Assembly: GCA_965228895.1 (NCBI GenBank)
Contig: OZ245842.1
Span: forward strand, 4,288,001 to 4,352,000
DNA: 64,000 bases
Direction of reading: 5' to 3'
From: Alphaproteobacteria bacterium
Lineage (GTDB): Bacteria; Pseudomonadota; Alphaproteobacteria; SP197
Position 1 is the first letter of the stretch; each line of letters starts with the position of its first letter. Shown piece after piece: positions 1-9,144 of the stretch. The notes below the pieces were generated by a model, which was not told the origin of the DNA, made no database searches, and saw only the letters and a program-made list of their open reading frames with translations. The translations under genes were made by a program, and so were the position numbers.

Positions 1-306
1 GCCGGCTACTACGCGGTAGGTGGTCTCGCCTGCCATGAGCGTCATGACAATGGGTTAAAGTCACTCAAGGGTCTGTTGCTCGGTGTCATTGCTAGTTGGG
101 TTGCGGTAACGGTCTGGACGTACTTTTTCAAGGGCAATCCTGTCGCCATGGGACTTGCGATGGGGATCATCGTTGTCGCACTTGTCCTGTCGACCAAGCT
201 GCGCTTTTGGGGCGACAACCATTTCATTGCGATGCCTCAAGCTTTCCTGGGTGCGACGATCTATTTTGGTTTGTTCAACACCTTCATGATGGCACAGGGT
301 GAATAG
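1..306 (+). pseudogene. 5'-partial membrane protein (DUF1097-like), 3'-truncated by the IS3 element
   Basis: Frame is open from base 1 (AGYYAVGG...LLGVIASW...MPQAFLGATIYFG) with hydrophobic helices. Its stop (304-306) lies inside the IS left inverted repeat. Confidence 0.5.
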
Positions 307-329
307 CCCCGCGTTTTCTAGACGCCTTC
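300..329. repeat. IS3 terminal inverted repeat (left)
   Basis: TGAATAGCCCCGCGTTTTCTAGACGCCTTC; 26/30 identical to the reverse complement of 1488-1517. Confidence 0.92.
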
Positions 330-1193
330 GGTCTTGGTTTTCTGCTGGCGTTCGAACTGGACGGGCGACAGCATCCCGTTTCTCACGTGTTTGCGCTTGG
401 GATTGTAGAACATCTCGATGTAGTCGAACACATCCTGCCTTGCCTCGGCGCGGGTCTTGTAGGTCCGGCGTCTTATCCGCTCGCGCTTCAGCAGGTTGAA
501 GAAGCTCTCGGCCACGGCGTTGTCATGGCAGTTCCCGCGCCTGCTCATCGAATGCTCGAGGTTGTGAGCCTTGATGAACGCCGCCCAGTCCATGCTGGTG
601 AACTGCGAGCCCTGGTCGGAGTGGACGAGCACCTTGTGCTTTGGCTTCCGGCGCCACACCGCCATGAGCAAAGCCTGCAGGACAACATCGGTCGTCTGGC
701 GGCTCTGCATCGACCAGCCGACCACACGGCGGGAGTACAGATCGATCACCACGGCCAGATAGGCGAAGCCTTCGAGCGTCCTGATATAGGTGATGTCGGT
801 GACCCAGACCCCGTCGGGCGCGTCCACATCGAACTGCCTATCCAGCGTATTGTCGACCACCACTGATGGCTTGCCGCCATAGGTGCCGGGCCGGCGCATG
901 TAACCGATCTGGGCCTTGATGCCTGCCAACCTGGCCAGACGGGCCACACGGTTCGGGCAGCACGTCTCGCCCTGGTCCAGCAGATCATCATGAAGCTTGC
1001 GATAGCCGTAGATCCTGCCGCTCTCCTTCCAGGCCTTCCGGATGAGTGCGGTCTGGCGGGCATCTTCGCGTGCCCGCTTGCTCAGCGGGTGCTTGAGCCA
1101 CGCATAGAAGCCGCTCGGATGAAGGCGCAGGCAGCGACACATCGCCCGTACCGAGAACACAGGGCGATGCCCGGCGATGAACGCGAATCTCAC
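318..1193 (-). CDS. IS3-family transposase OrfB (DDE)
   Basis: WVTDITY, HSDQGSQF and DNAVAESFF..LKRE motifs; GTG start overlaps a TGA. Confidence 0.95.
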   Translation of the reverse strand: MRFAFIAGHRPVFSVRAMCRCLRLHPSGFYAWLKHPLSKRAREDARQTALIRKAWKESGRIYGYRKLHDDLLDQGETCCPNRVARLARLAGIKAQIGYMRRPGTYGGKPSVVVDNTLDRQFDVDAPDGVWVTDITYIRTLEGFAYLAVVIDLYSRRVVGWSMQSRQTTDVVLQALLMAVWRRKPKHKVLVHSDQGSQFTSMDWAAFIKAHNLEHSMSRRGNCHDNAVAESFFNLLKRERIRRRTYKTRAEARQDVFDYIEMFYNPKRKHVRNGMLSPVQFERQQKTKTEGV

Positions 1194-1458
1194 TTTGCAT
1201 CCCTGGCGAAATACGCGGTGGCTTTTTTAGAATGTCGCGCTCCTCGGTCACGCGGGCGAGCTCGCGCTTCAGACGCCTGATCTCGGCATCCTTCCCGGCC
1301 TCTCCCGAAGATGCCCTCGCGTACTTCCGCTTCCAGGCGTAGAGCGAATGCTGGCTCACCCCAAGACGCTGCGAAACCTCCGCAACAGGATAGCCGCGCT
1401 CGGTGATCTGCGCCACCGCGTCCCGTTTGAAGTCCTCACTGAAATTGGCTTTACCCAT
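1190..1458 (-). CDS. IS3-family OrfA, apparently with a 1-nt deletion at the slippery A-tract
   Basis: FSEDFKRDAV...LGVSQHSLYAWKRKY...EIRRLKRELARVTEERDILKK. The usual tail ATAYFARDAK* is in the -1 frame after the A6G tract. Confidence 0.85.
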
Positions 1459-1487
1459 CTGTGCCTCCTTGCCTCAAAATTAGGGAA

Positions 1488-1517
1488 GAAGGCGTCTACA
1501 AATCTAGGGGCTATTCA
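1488..1517. repeat. IS3 terminal inverted repeat (right)
   Basis: Reverse complement is TGAATAGCCCCTAGATTTGTAGACGCCTTC. Confidence 0.92.
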
Positions 1518-2053
1518 CAACGATTGCATTGAGAACACGCAAACGTCGTCTCTCAAACTTGTCATCAAAGATTGGTCTTTCCCAACTTGGCGCGTAATCC
1601 GAATCCGACTGCTTTCGTACCCGCTCCTCTTCTTCATCCAGCAAACGGCGAATGTGAGGGTGTGCCTTTTCGGGTAGTCGAGGAACCGTAACTCTTGGAA
1701 CCATCTCTCTGACGTGTTCTGCGACATCAGAGATGTCGTTCTCGAACACCGGTGGTTCGGGATCCGAGTTAAGAATCTTATCCTTTGTCGGGGTGGAATA
1801 GTACCGATCAGCCCGACGGCCGATGCACACTTTGTCGGACATGCCAGGCCCACGTGCTGGTAACTCTTGGCGAGTTACACTCTTACCAGCGGTATGCTTG
1901 GCCCAATAGCCACGCGGGGGGTCTCGGAATGTTTGCTTTCTTGCATGCCTTGGCCAGCCCGACATCCGAAAGGCCAAACTCTTCGGCAAGCTTCCTTATC
2001 GGCCTAGTCCAAACAAGATCATAAAGCTCCTGGCGAGTGAAGGTGTGAGGCAT
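1518..2053 (-). pseudogene. Frameshifted, IS-truncated conserved hypothetical protein with N-terminal HTH-like motif
   Basis: ATG 2053 after GGAG reads MPHTFTRQELYDLVWTRPIRKLAEEFGLSDVGLAKACKKANIPRPP. It continues RGYWAK only if one base is removed from the G6 tract at 1916-1921. The 3' end runs into the IS. Confidence 0.8.
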
Positions 2054-2311
2054 CGCGCTTCTCCAGCAAATGTAGAGACTGACAATTGGTCAGCCTACAT
2101 CGGCCTAAGAAGCAGTTAGCTCGCTCGCCGCAGCAGAGTCATGTTCGCATCATGCCCTTTAAACCACCGCCAAATGACTGCGCGTTGAGGCCTCTTGAAT
2201 CCACGCCTCAAGGTTGAAGTTTCAATCGCCAATACACTATACTTTTAGGTGTAGTAGATTGTCGATAACCACGAGGGTGTCAGCTCTCACCTCAGCGTTG
2301 GAGTACCATGC

Positions 2312-2602
2312 ATGAAGCGATGGTCAGCATGGGTGGCAGCGACAGCATTCATAGGTGCGACTTGCCCGTCGCACGCCCAGCCGAGTGACGATGAGGTCCG
2401 CCGAATGATAATCGCTGAGTCAATCAGCTCTTATCCTGGACCTTGCGCGTGCCCTTACAACACCGCTAGCAATGGAAGCCGATGTGGCGGCAGAAGCGCC
2501 TGGAGCAAACCTGGCGGATACGACCCAATCTGCTATCCCGACGAGATCTCAGACGAACAGGTGGAGAGTTATCGTACGAGGCATGGCCTTCCAGCGAACT
2601 GA
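2312..2602 (+). CDS. Small secreted Cys-rich hypothetical protein
   Basis: Signal-peptide-like N-terminus; CACPYN..NGSRCGGRSAWSKPGGY.PICY motif; GGAG upstream. Confidence 0.75.
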   Translation: MKRWSAWVAATAFIGATCPSHAQPSDDEVRRMIIAESISSYPGPCACPYNTASNGSRCGGRSAWSKPGGYDPICYPDEISDEQVESYRTRHGLPAN

Positions 2603-2661
2603 AATGCGGCCGTGCAACACTGTCAAAAGAATTGCCAGCACCACGACGGAGGCTATGCCCA

Positions 2662-2943
2662 ATGACGACTACCTACATTGCCTGCCTGAGGAAAGACGCC
2701 CAAGGTCATCTCGTTGTCACTTTCCCCGATTGCCCAGACTGCAAAGCTACTGGGCGCGATCTAATTGAAGCTGCGGATCGCGCCGTCGACGCACTATCAA
2801 AGCACCTCGCAGAATCGGTGGCAGCAGGTGTAACCCTTCCAGTGCCTAGTACGTTTGATGACGTGCTCGAAATGTACGGGCCAGACTCCTCAATCCTGAT
2901 TGGGGTCGATCCGGAACAGCAATCTAATCCAGCAACTTCCTAA
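2662..2943 (+). CDS. HicB-like antitoxin domain protein (orphan)
   Basis: YIACLRKD..GHLVVTFPDCPDCKATGRDLIEA....DAL..HL.......LPVPS matches the HicB fold pattern; GGAGG RBS at 2648-2652. Confidence 0.75.
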   Translation: MTTTYIACLRKDAQGHLVVTFPDCPDCKATGRDLIEAADRAVDALSKHLAESVAAGVTLPVPSTFDDVLEMYGPDSSILIGVDPEQQSNPATS

Positions 2944-2954
2944 CGAGATGCGAT

Positions 2955-3827
2955 TCACGCCGCCTCAATCATCTTGTCGAACTCTTCTAAGATCGCTGGG
3001 TAGTGGCCATTGAGGTAGCGTCGGATTTGCTCGTTGTTGATTAACTTGACGATGTATCCCCGTGCCAAGACGAGATCCAGGTGATCAGCAGCGAAGGATC
3101 GTTCCGCCAGCCTAAACTCCCGTTCAAGGTTCGCGGATTCCTTTTCCATCGCGGCTGTTTGGTCGGCTGACAAGCCCTTCTTCCGCTTCTTTTTCTCGAT
3201 CAATTGCACCTGTGGCGTCGCCGCCACCAGTGATTTTGCATAGGGAACCGAGAACTTGTTCATCGCCACCATAAGCTCAGCGGCTTCAATCTGTCGAAGC
3301 TGTTTCAACTTCTTTAGCTGCAGGAAAGTGTTCAGCGGAACGTTCTTATCGTTGAGGATAGCCACGACCTCAGGACATATTCCGTTAAGCAGCTGTCTCT
3401 TCGCCCGAAGGCTTTTGATGTTGACGTTGAGTGCTTTTGCCAGTCGTTCCTCTGGAACACCTCTCTTAACGGCTTCGAGGATCATCCGGTGCTCCTGAAC
3501 GATTGTTAGCCGATTGATCCGCTTGTTGTACGTGAAAGACTCATCGTCAGTCGAAACCAGGCAAGTCACTGTGGTGTTGCCGAGATCTTTCAAGACCTCC
3601 AGGCGTAAATGTCCATCAACCAGCAGAAACTTCCCTCTTTTGTGCCGAGCAACAACCGGGGGCTCGACCATGCCTACCTCTTCTATTGAAGAGGCAATCT
3701 GAACGTACTTGGCGGAATGCTTGATTGAATCGGTGACCAACTTCAACGGCAGGATGTCTTTGATCGGGATGCCCACGCCATCCGGCTCAAATCCGATGGA
3801 AACCAACGGCTGTTCATCTTTGTTCAT
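2955..3827 (-). CDS. ParB-like protein with RepB-type C-terminal domain
   Basis: IASSIEEVGMVEPPVV...LLVDGHLRLEVL (ParB GxxR motif); central HTH-like segment; 4-nt overlap with upstream gene. Confidence 0.8.
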   Translation of the reverse strand: MNKDEQPLVSIGFEPDGVGIPIKDILPLKLVTDSIKHSAKYVQIASSIEEVGMVEPPVVARHKRGKFLLVDGHLRLEVLKDLGNTTVTCLVSTDDESFTYNKRINRLTIVQEHRMILEAVKRGVPEERLAKALNVNIKSLRAKRQLLNGICPEVVAILNDKNVPLNTFLQLKKLKQLRQIEAAELMVAMNKFSVPYAKSLVAATPQVQLIEKKKRKKGLSADQTAAMEKESANLEREFRLAERSFAADHLDLVLARGYIVKLINNEQIRRYLNGHYPAILEEFDKMIEAA

Positions 3828-4696
3828 GCGGCTTGCCTCGCGCGCTCAGCAAGATTGGCCGGCATGTCGTGCAAACCCTCGGCACGCAGCAACGTTACGA
3901 AATGCTCGTCAGAGAACAGCGTACGTAGCGCCTCGCCCAGAAACGTCAGCTGATCTCGTGCAGCATCAGCCTTGGCCACGAGCTGGCGTTTTCGCTCCGC
4001 GTCTTCATGATAGGCCTTGAGGAGCATTGTCGTGGAGACCTCGTGCGCCTTGGGCCGTCGGGTAGGGTTCGCGCCCTTTCCACTACGACGTCGTCTTTCA
4101 ATCACACGCCTAGCAGCGCGGAGTTCCTTGCCGCGGAGTTTGTTGCTCTCATAGGCGCGCTGCAGTGCTGCTTGGATGTCCGTGTCATCCGCCTCGGCAA
4201 TGTCCGTGGCAATAGTGATGGGGATCTGTCCGGTCTCGACAGCAGTGAGGAGCTTGTGCTCGCCCTTCGACAATAGCCGCAGAACGTCGCGCACATAGTC
4301 AATGGAAAGGCCGGTCTTTTTGGCGATCTCGGCAAGAGAATAGCCGCGCTCTGCCAGATTGCCGATGTTCGTCAGAAGCTCTACCGCACCATGGTTTCGC
4401 CTGGCGCAGTTCTCGACCAGGCTCATGACAAGACAGTCGTCTTGTTCGCCTTCGATGACAACGGCGGGTATCACTGGTTGTCCCAACAGTTGAAACGCCT
4501 CCAGTCGTCCCTGCCCGCACACCAAGTCGTAGCCCGGGCTGTTCCTTCTGCTGCGCCTGACGGTGATTGGGCGCTTCAATCCGACCCGCTCGATACTTGT
4601 CACGATCTCGTTAAAGACCTTGAGGTTTCTGCTCCTGGGATTGATCACCGAAATCGAGTCGATCGGAATCATTTCAACCCGAAGGTTTTGGTTCAT
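3824..4696 (-). CDS. ParB/RepB/Spo0J-family protein
   Basis: IVTSIERVGLKRPITV...LVCGQGRLEA, SLVEN..R, and HTH (YSLAEIAKKTGLSIDYV). Confidence 0.85.
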   Translation of the reverse strand: MNQNLRVEMIPIDSISVINPRSRNLKVFNEIVTSIERVGLKRPITVRRSRRNSPGYDLVCGQGRLEAFQLLGQPVIPAVVIEGEQDDCLVMSLVENCARRNHGAVELLTNIGNLAERGYSLAEIAKKTGLSIDYVRDVLRLLSKGEHKLLTAVETGQIPITIATDIAEADDTDIQAALQRAYESNKLRGKELRAARRVIERRRRSGKGANPTRRPKAHEVSTTMLLKAYHEDAERKRQLVAKADAARDQLTFLGEALRTLFSDEHFVTLLRAEGLHDMPANLAERARQAA

Positions 4697-6255
4697 GACA
4701 TGACCTCCATGACGTTGGTTCGGGCCGTCAGCTGAAAGAGCCCATCGAGCACCTCTGTTCGGTAGGCCTCTAAGGCGATCCAGTTGTTCTCTCTCAACCG
4801 CATGTACGGGAACGTGATCTCCGCTGTTGGGAACAGGAAGTAGTCGAGTGGAGAACGGTTAAGGGAGTCCATGCGTACAACAAGTGTAAGGTCTGACCGC
4901 AGTTCTTCATCTGGCCGTATGAGCCACTTTCTTGTCCCTTCGTCACTGGTACGGCAGCGTGCAACGCAGACATAGATCCGTATCTCATTGTTGACGCTGA
5001 GGACCGGGACATCAGTATCCTGCTCAACGCTCCCACCATTCTTCTCAATGACTTGGGTAGAGTGTGCGACGGTCTGGGATTGGACACTTCGGAGGGAAGC
5101 GGACTGTTCAAGGTGGCGGTAGTTTTTGTCGCCGTCATAGCCAACAAGCTCATAGGCTTTCCGCAAGCTGCCGAACCGTGTGTGATAGGATCTTGAACAT
5201 GGCACCTCACGGGCTCGATCGATGGAGTTGCTGGTCAGATAGCCCTGTGAATTCAGCAAGGACCTGAGTGCCTCAAGCATCTCGTCCTCGGTGTAGCGCG
5301 GTGTTCGCTCGCTTAGCTTTCTCTGTGCCGCCTCAAACAAAGAGCGCTCAACGATGGGCTCAAACGCGTTCTCGTGCTTGATCCACATGTCCTCGCGATT
5401 GCGGGTTCGGTCCGTTCCCAGTTTGAGCGACGTGCGGTTCCAAACATGGTGGCCGATATAGCGTTCGTTGTTCAGGGCCCGATTGACCGAGCCAATTGTC
5501 CACGGCTGTCCACTTGCTGTCCTGATGTTGCGCCGATTGAGCTCAGCAGCAATCTTGCTCTCTGAGAGACCCTCTTGGACGAATGCTGTGAAGATCCATT
5601 GGACCGCCTTGACCTCCCGCTTTGGACCGGGAACCAGAAGCGTTCGGTCGGAGTGCGCCGCTTTGTATTCGCCTGGCTTTAGGATGCCCTTTGGTCGACC
5701 ACGATCATCAACAACCATTCGCCTCAGGCCGAAGCCAGGCGGCCCGCCGGTGTAATAGCCAAGTATGACTAGCCGGGAGAGCCCGGCGAACACTTTGGCT
5801 GAAAGCTCCCGGCTGTACTCCGCCGCCATAGCGCGTTTGATAGTCTTAACGATGTTCGAAATCGGACTGCCGTCGTTCTCGAACAGCTCTGCGCAGTAGC
5901 GAACCTTGATGCCCTCGCGCTTGCAGATGTGTTCGTAGTAGGCGCTCTCATCGATATCCTGAAAGCGGCCCCAGCGACTGACGTCGTAAACCAGGATGAC
6001 GGAGTAGTCGGCATGGCCTGACTGAACATCCGCAAGGAGTTCTGACAACGCTTCGCGGCCGTCGAGAGTAAGGCCACTCTTTCCTTCATCAGCATAGGTG
6101 CGAACCACCTCAAGTCCGTTGCGGATGGCGAACCGGCCTATGGCCTCTTTCTGGTGAGCCGTTGAGTACTTCTGGTGTTCGGTGGACATGCGGACGTACT
6201 GGGCAGCACTGATTGTGCCACCTAGCTGCGTGAGGTCATCTGATCCTGCTGTCAT
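4693..6255 (-). CDS. Large serine recombinase
   Basis: YVRMSTEHQ catalytic motif, YDVSRWGR, and recombinase domain (GPPGFGL...IAAELN...LNNERYIG...FEPIV). Confidence 0.92.
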   Translation of the reverse strand: MTAGSDDLTQLGGTISAAQYVRMSTEHQKYSTAHQKEAIGRFAIRNGLEVVRTYADEGKSGLTLDGREALSELLADVQSGHADYSVILVYDVSRWGRFQDIDESAYYEHICKREGIKVRYCAELFENDGSPISNIVKTIKRAMAAEYSRELSAKVFAGLSRLVILGYYTGGPPGFGLRRMVVDDRGRPKGILKPGEYKAAHSDRTLLVPGPKREVKAVQWIFTAFVQEGLSESKIAAELNRRNIRTASGQPWTIGSVNRALNNERYIGHHVWNRTSLKLGTDRTRNREDMWIKHENAFEPIVERSLFEAAQRKLSERTPRYTEDEMLEALRSLLNSQGYLTSNSIDRAREVPCSRSYHTRFGSLRKAYELVGYDGDKNYRHLEQSASLRSVQSQTVAHSTQVIEKNGGSVEQDTDVPVLSVNNEIRIYVCVARCRTSDEGTRKWLIRPDEELRSDLTLVVRMDSLNRSPLDYFLFPTAEITFPYMRLRENNWIALEAYRTEVLDGLFQLTARTNVMEVMS

Positions 6256-6315
6256 CGCATCAGCCGCATACGTCGTTGATGCTAACGATCAGCCTAGATT
6301 GGGAGGATCAGGAAC

Positions 6316-6678
6316 ATGATTACGAAAATGGGCAACGTTCTTCCGGCCAGCGCTGGCGCCGGTCGACAAAGCCTTCCCTATGCGGCGTTGGTCTCGGGTG
6401 CCCTACGCACGGAGCTTGGTGATACCCACCGAGCCCTCAAGACGATCATGATTTGGACAGGCGTGAGCGAGAGGACCGCCAAGAACTGGTTCCTGGGTAC
6501 CGTGGGTCCTAACGGTGATCACCTTATCAAGCTCGTGAGACATTCGGATGCCGTCTACGAGGCCTTCTTCGCTCGAGCAGAGAGAAATCAGGCGATCACA
6601 ATCCGAAAGCTCCGTGCGACGCGAGCCGTTGTCCAAGAGCTTTTGGCCCACATCGATCGGCTGACCGACGAGGCTTAG
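6316..6678 (+). CDS. Small HTH-like protein divergent from the recombinase
   Basis: KTIMIWTGVSERTAKNWFLG..GP HTH-like pattern; GGAGG/AGGA upstream. Confidence 0.7.
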   Translation: MITKMGNVLPASAGAGRQSLPYAALVSGALRTELGDTHRALKTIMIWTGVSERTAKNWFLGTVGPNGDHLIKLVRHSDAVYEAFFARAERNQAITIRKLRATRAVVQELLAHIDRLTDEA

Positions 6679-6816
6679 CCTCACAATGGGCCAGGGCGAA
6701 GATTCTACTGGACGCAATCTGCACTTGTTCGCATTATGTTCTCACCATGAAGAGAGGCAGATTGGAGCGGAGGGGCTTCATGCGAAACGATCAAACAACA
6801 GGTTGGAGTCGGCCGC

Positions 6817-7074
6817 ATGGACGTCCTTTCATCACTCCTCTCCATCATCGAGAACAACTTGGAGGCGCTTGCGCCAATTCTTGCAGCACTCGTTGGGGTG
6901 TGGGCTTCAAGTCGGATGACACTGCGTAAGTCCGCTGGATGTGTCGACTGCGAATCCGATCACTCTGTGAACAACGAGGTCACGTTGAATGTAACAGTGA
7001 AGTTGAAAGATAACGCTCTATCAAGCCATGCAGCAGATCGGTGTCAGACCAGTGACCAATCTACAAACGACTGA
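6817..7074 (+). CDS. Hypothetical small protein with hydrophobic N-terminus
   Basis: 85-aa ORF with GGAG upstream; no recognisable family. Confidence 0.3.
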   Translation: MDVLSSLLSIIENNLEALAPILAALVGVWASSRMTLRKSAGCVDCESDHSVNNEVTLNVTVKLKDNALSSHAADRCQTSDQSTND

Positions 7075-7356
7075 GGTAACAAACCTGACGTTATCGGTCC
7101 CGGAATCGATCGAGTAATCTGCATTGTGGAAAATCGGCGCAAAGACGTTGCTTCGCATCAGTCAACTGGAGGCCCACCTTCCACGCGACTCTGCAACAGT
7201 GTTTTTGCAACACCGATCGACAGCAGCTTGCGTGTGTTGGTTTGCGTTGCGCAAACGTGGGTTAGCGGACGAATTAGCATAAAAATGAAACGGCAAAGGA
7301 GAAGTGAGGCAATAGAGATATGGGCCCCAACGCGTAGCGGGAGCCTAGTTCTCAGG

Positions 7357-9144
7357 TCAAGTACACGAATCGTCCGGCTGTGTGCTCGTCTCGGAAGGGG
7401 CCGCAGTGGGCGGTTTATTGAGTGGCAGTAGATCGCGCCACACCTGTGGCGGGACTGGCAGGCGATTGCAACGGCAGGCGGTCAGGAGTACCGGCCAATG
7501 CCCGAGGGCAATCGCCGACAGCCTGTCGAAATGTGGGTTGGCCGCGCATTCGGCAGAGATAAAGTCTAGCGTAGCGCGCGTGCCCGATTCGACCGGGATA
7601 CCGGTCAGCGCCGCGCCGTGGTTTTCTCCACCGAGATAAACCAGCGCTTCGCTGTCCTCGTCGGGTAGCCAAGTTTGGAAGGTGCAATGCCCCAGATCAT
7701 TAGCCTTAAATGCGGCGAGCTGGTCGACCACCGCTTCGTTACCAATCGCCGTTGCCCACAGCGCGAGCAGAGGATAGAGGATGCTGCCCTCGGTCGCTTC
7801 TGTGCGATACGCCTCAGTAGTTTCTGCCGGATGCTCGACTAGATACCAATAAGACCGGTGAGTCGTCGGGTAGAGTCCGTGCGACTGAAAGGCGAAGATC
7901 GTACTGTTGGTGAGCTCTTTAATCCAATCATCGATCGCGTTCCGAAATCGGGGGCGGCTTCCCAGAAGAGTAAAGCAAAGTGCGATATCGATCGCCTGCC
8001 AGTCGCCAACCGGTGACAGTAACGCGCGGTTGTTTGCGATGATTGCAATCAGCTGCTCGCAAAGTGCATCAATCCTGCCAATGGTGTCGGCGATTATTGG
8101 GATTCGAGGCGAATCTTCAGCATCGTCGAGCACGCTTGGGACGCTGTTAGTACCCGAAGCAAACCAGACTAGCCAGAGACCACGTAGAGCAATACGGCCG
8201 ATCGTCTCAAAAAGTTTCAGGTTTACATCAATCGAGGCATGAGAACCGACCGCTGCCGAAACCGCATGTCGGACATTGGCAAAGGGCAAGATCTTCTTGC
8301 CGTAGAGTTCCTCCCATATCGCAAAATGCAGCTCGACCAAGTCGTTAAAAGCCAGACCGGCATTTTCGGATGCCTTCGACGCCTTGCCGAGATCGTCGTG
8401 CAGCATGTGCCAAACATTGAGCGTAGCGAGCTCGCTCGCCCGGTAAGGAGCCTCGACATTGTCTGCCTCGCGCGCCCAAACAAACATAATCCAAAGGCAG
8501 ATATTGATTTGGCGTGCTCGAGCCAGCCGGCTCATCGGCCGGTCTCCTGTGTCGGCGAGTAACTGTCGAATCAGCTCTGCGAAATGGCCCATTGCGATAT
8601 CGGGCTCCTCCACCATTGCGACAGCCTTCCGGAGATGTCCGCGCAGCGGCGCCGGAAGCAGCTCTTCTCGCAAAACGCCATCAAGAACCGCCTGTGCGAG
8701 ACGATCACCGTTCCATTCCTCATAGGTGATCCGAGGGGTCGTGTTGTTCTTGATGTAACCATTGACCTCAGCGCGAACCTGCTCTTCGATGTCACCGCCG
8801 AAGCACAGGCAGATCGCGATCGGGAGCTCTGCGTATTCGACAGGAATTCGGGTGGCGATGTAGACGTCGCGGATCTCGTCGAGCGAGGGTCGAAGGCTCT
8901 GCGGCGAGGCGGTGTTCCAGCTGTTGCGGTCAAGGTCACCCGATTTTACCGAGAAGAGATGGACACGCTTTACACCGTCCCGTCCTGGCCCGACAGCGGC
9001 GACGTCAACACCGTACTGGCGGGTGCCAATCGCTGGCCGCGAAAACACGGTGAAGCCCATCTCGGTTAGCAGGTCGGGCAACACCGCGTCCAGCTCGCCG
9101 CGCTCGCGCAAGGATGCCAGATACTCGCGGATGACCAACTTCAT
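7357..9144 (-). CDS. Protein with N-terminal Mrr-like/PD-(D/E)XK nuclease domain and long helical C-terminus
   Basis: LPDLLTEMGFTV...GTRQYGVDVAAV...LFSVKSG...YEEWNGDRLA parallels the Mrr_cat pattern; ATGA overlap with upstream gene. Confidence 0.7.
   Translation of the reverse strand: MKLVIREYLASLRERGELDAVLPDLLTEMGFTVFSRPAIGTRQYGVDVAAVGPGRDGVKRVHLFSVKSGDLDRNSWNTASPQSLRPSLDEIRDVYIATRIPVEYAELPIAICLCFGGDIEEQVRAEVNGYIKNNTTPRITYEEWNGDRLAQAVLDGVLREELLPAPLRGHLRKAVAMVEEPDIAMGHFAELIRQLLADTGDRPMSRLARARQINICLWIMFVWAREADNVEAPYRASELATLNVWHMLHDDLGKASKASENAGLAFNDLVELHFAIWEELYGKKILPFANVRHAVSAAVGSHASIDVNLKLFETIGRIALRGLWLVWFASGTNSVPSVLDDAEDSPRIPIIADTIGRIDALCEQLIAIIANNRALLSPVGDWQAIDIALCFTLLGSRPRFRNAIDDWIKELTNSTIFAFQSHGLYPTTHRSYWYLVEHPAETTEAYRTEATEGSILYPLLALWATAIGNEAVVDQLAAFKANDLGHCTFQTWLPDEDSEALVYLGGENHGAALTGIPVESGTRATLDFISAECAANPHFDRLSAIALGHWPVLLTACRCNRLPVPPQVWRDLLPLNKPPTAAPSETSTQPDDSCT

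Larger units (their letters stand above)
300..1517 (-). mobile_element. IS3-family insertion sequence (1218 bp)
   Basis: TG...CA ends, 30-bp imperfect terminal inverted repeats, orfA (HTH) and orfB (DDE/rve), A6G slippery tract at 1222-1228. Confidence 0.95.

Noticed and set aside
988-1189. C-terminal extension of the 156-aa OrfA in the ORF track
   Set aside because: It is read-through caused by the missing base at the A-tract and overlaps orfB out of frame.
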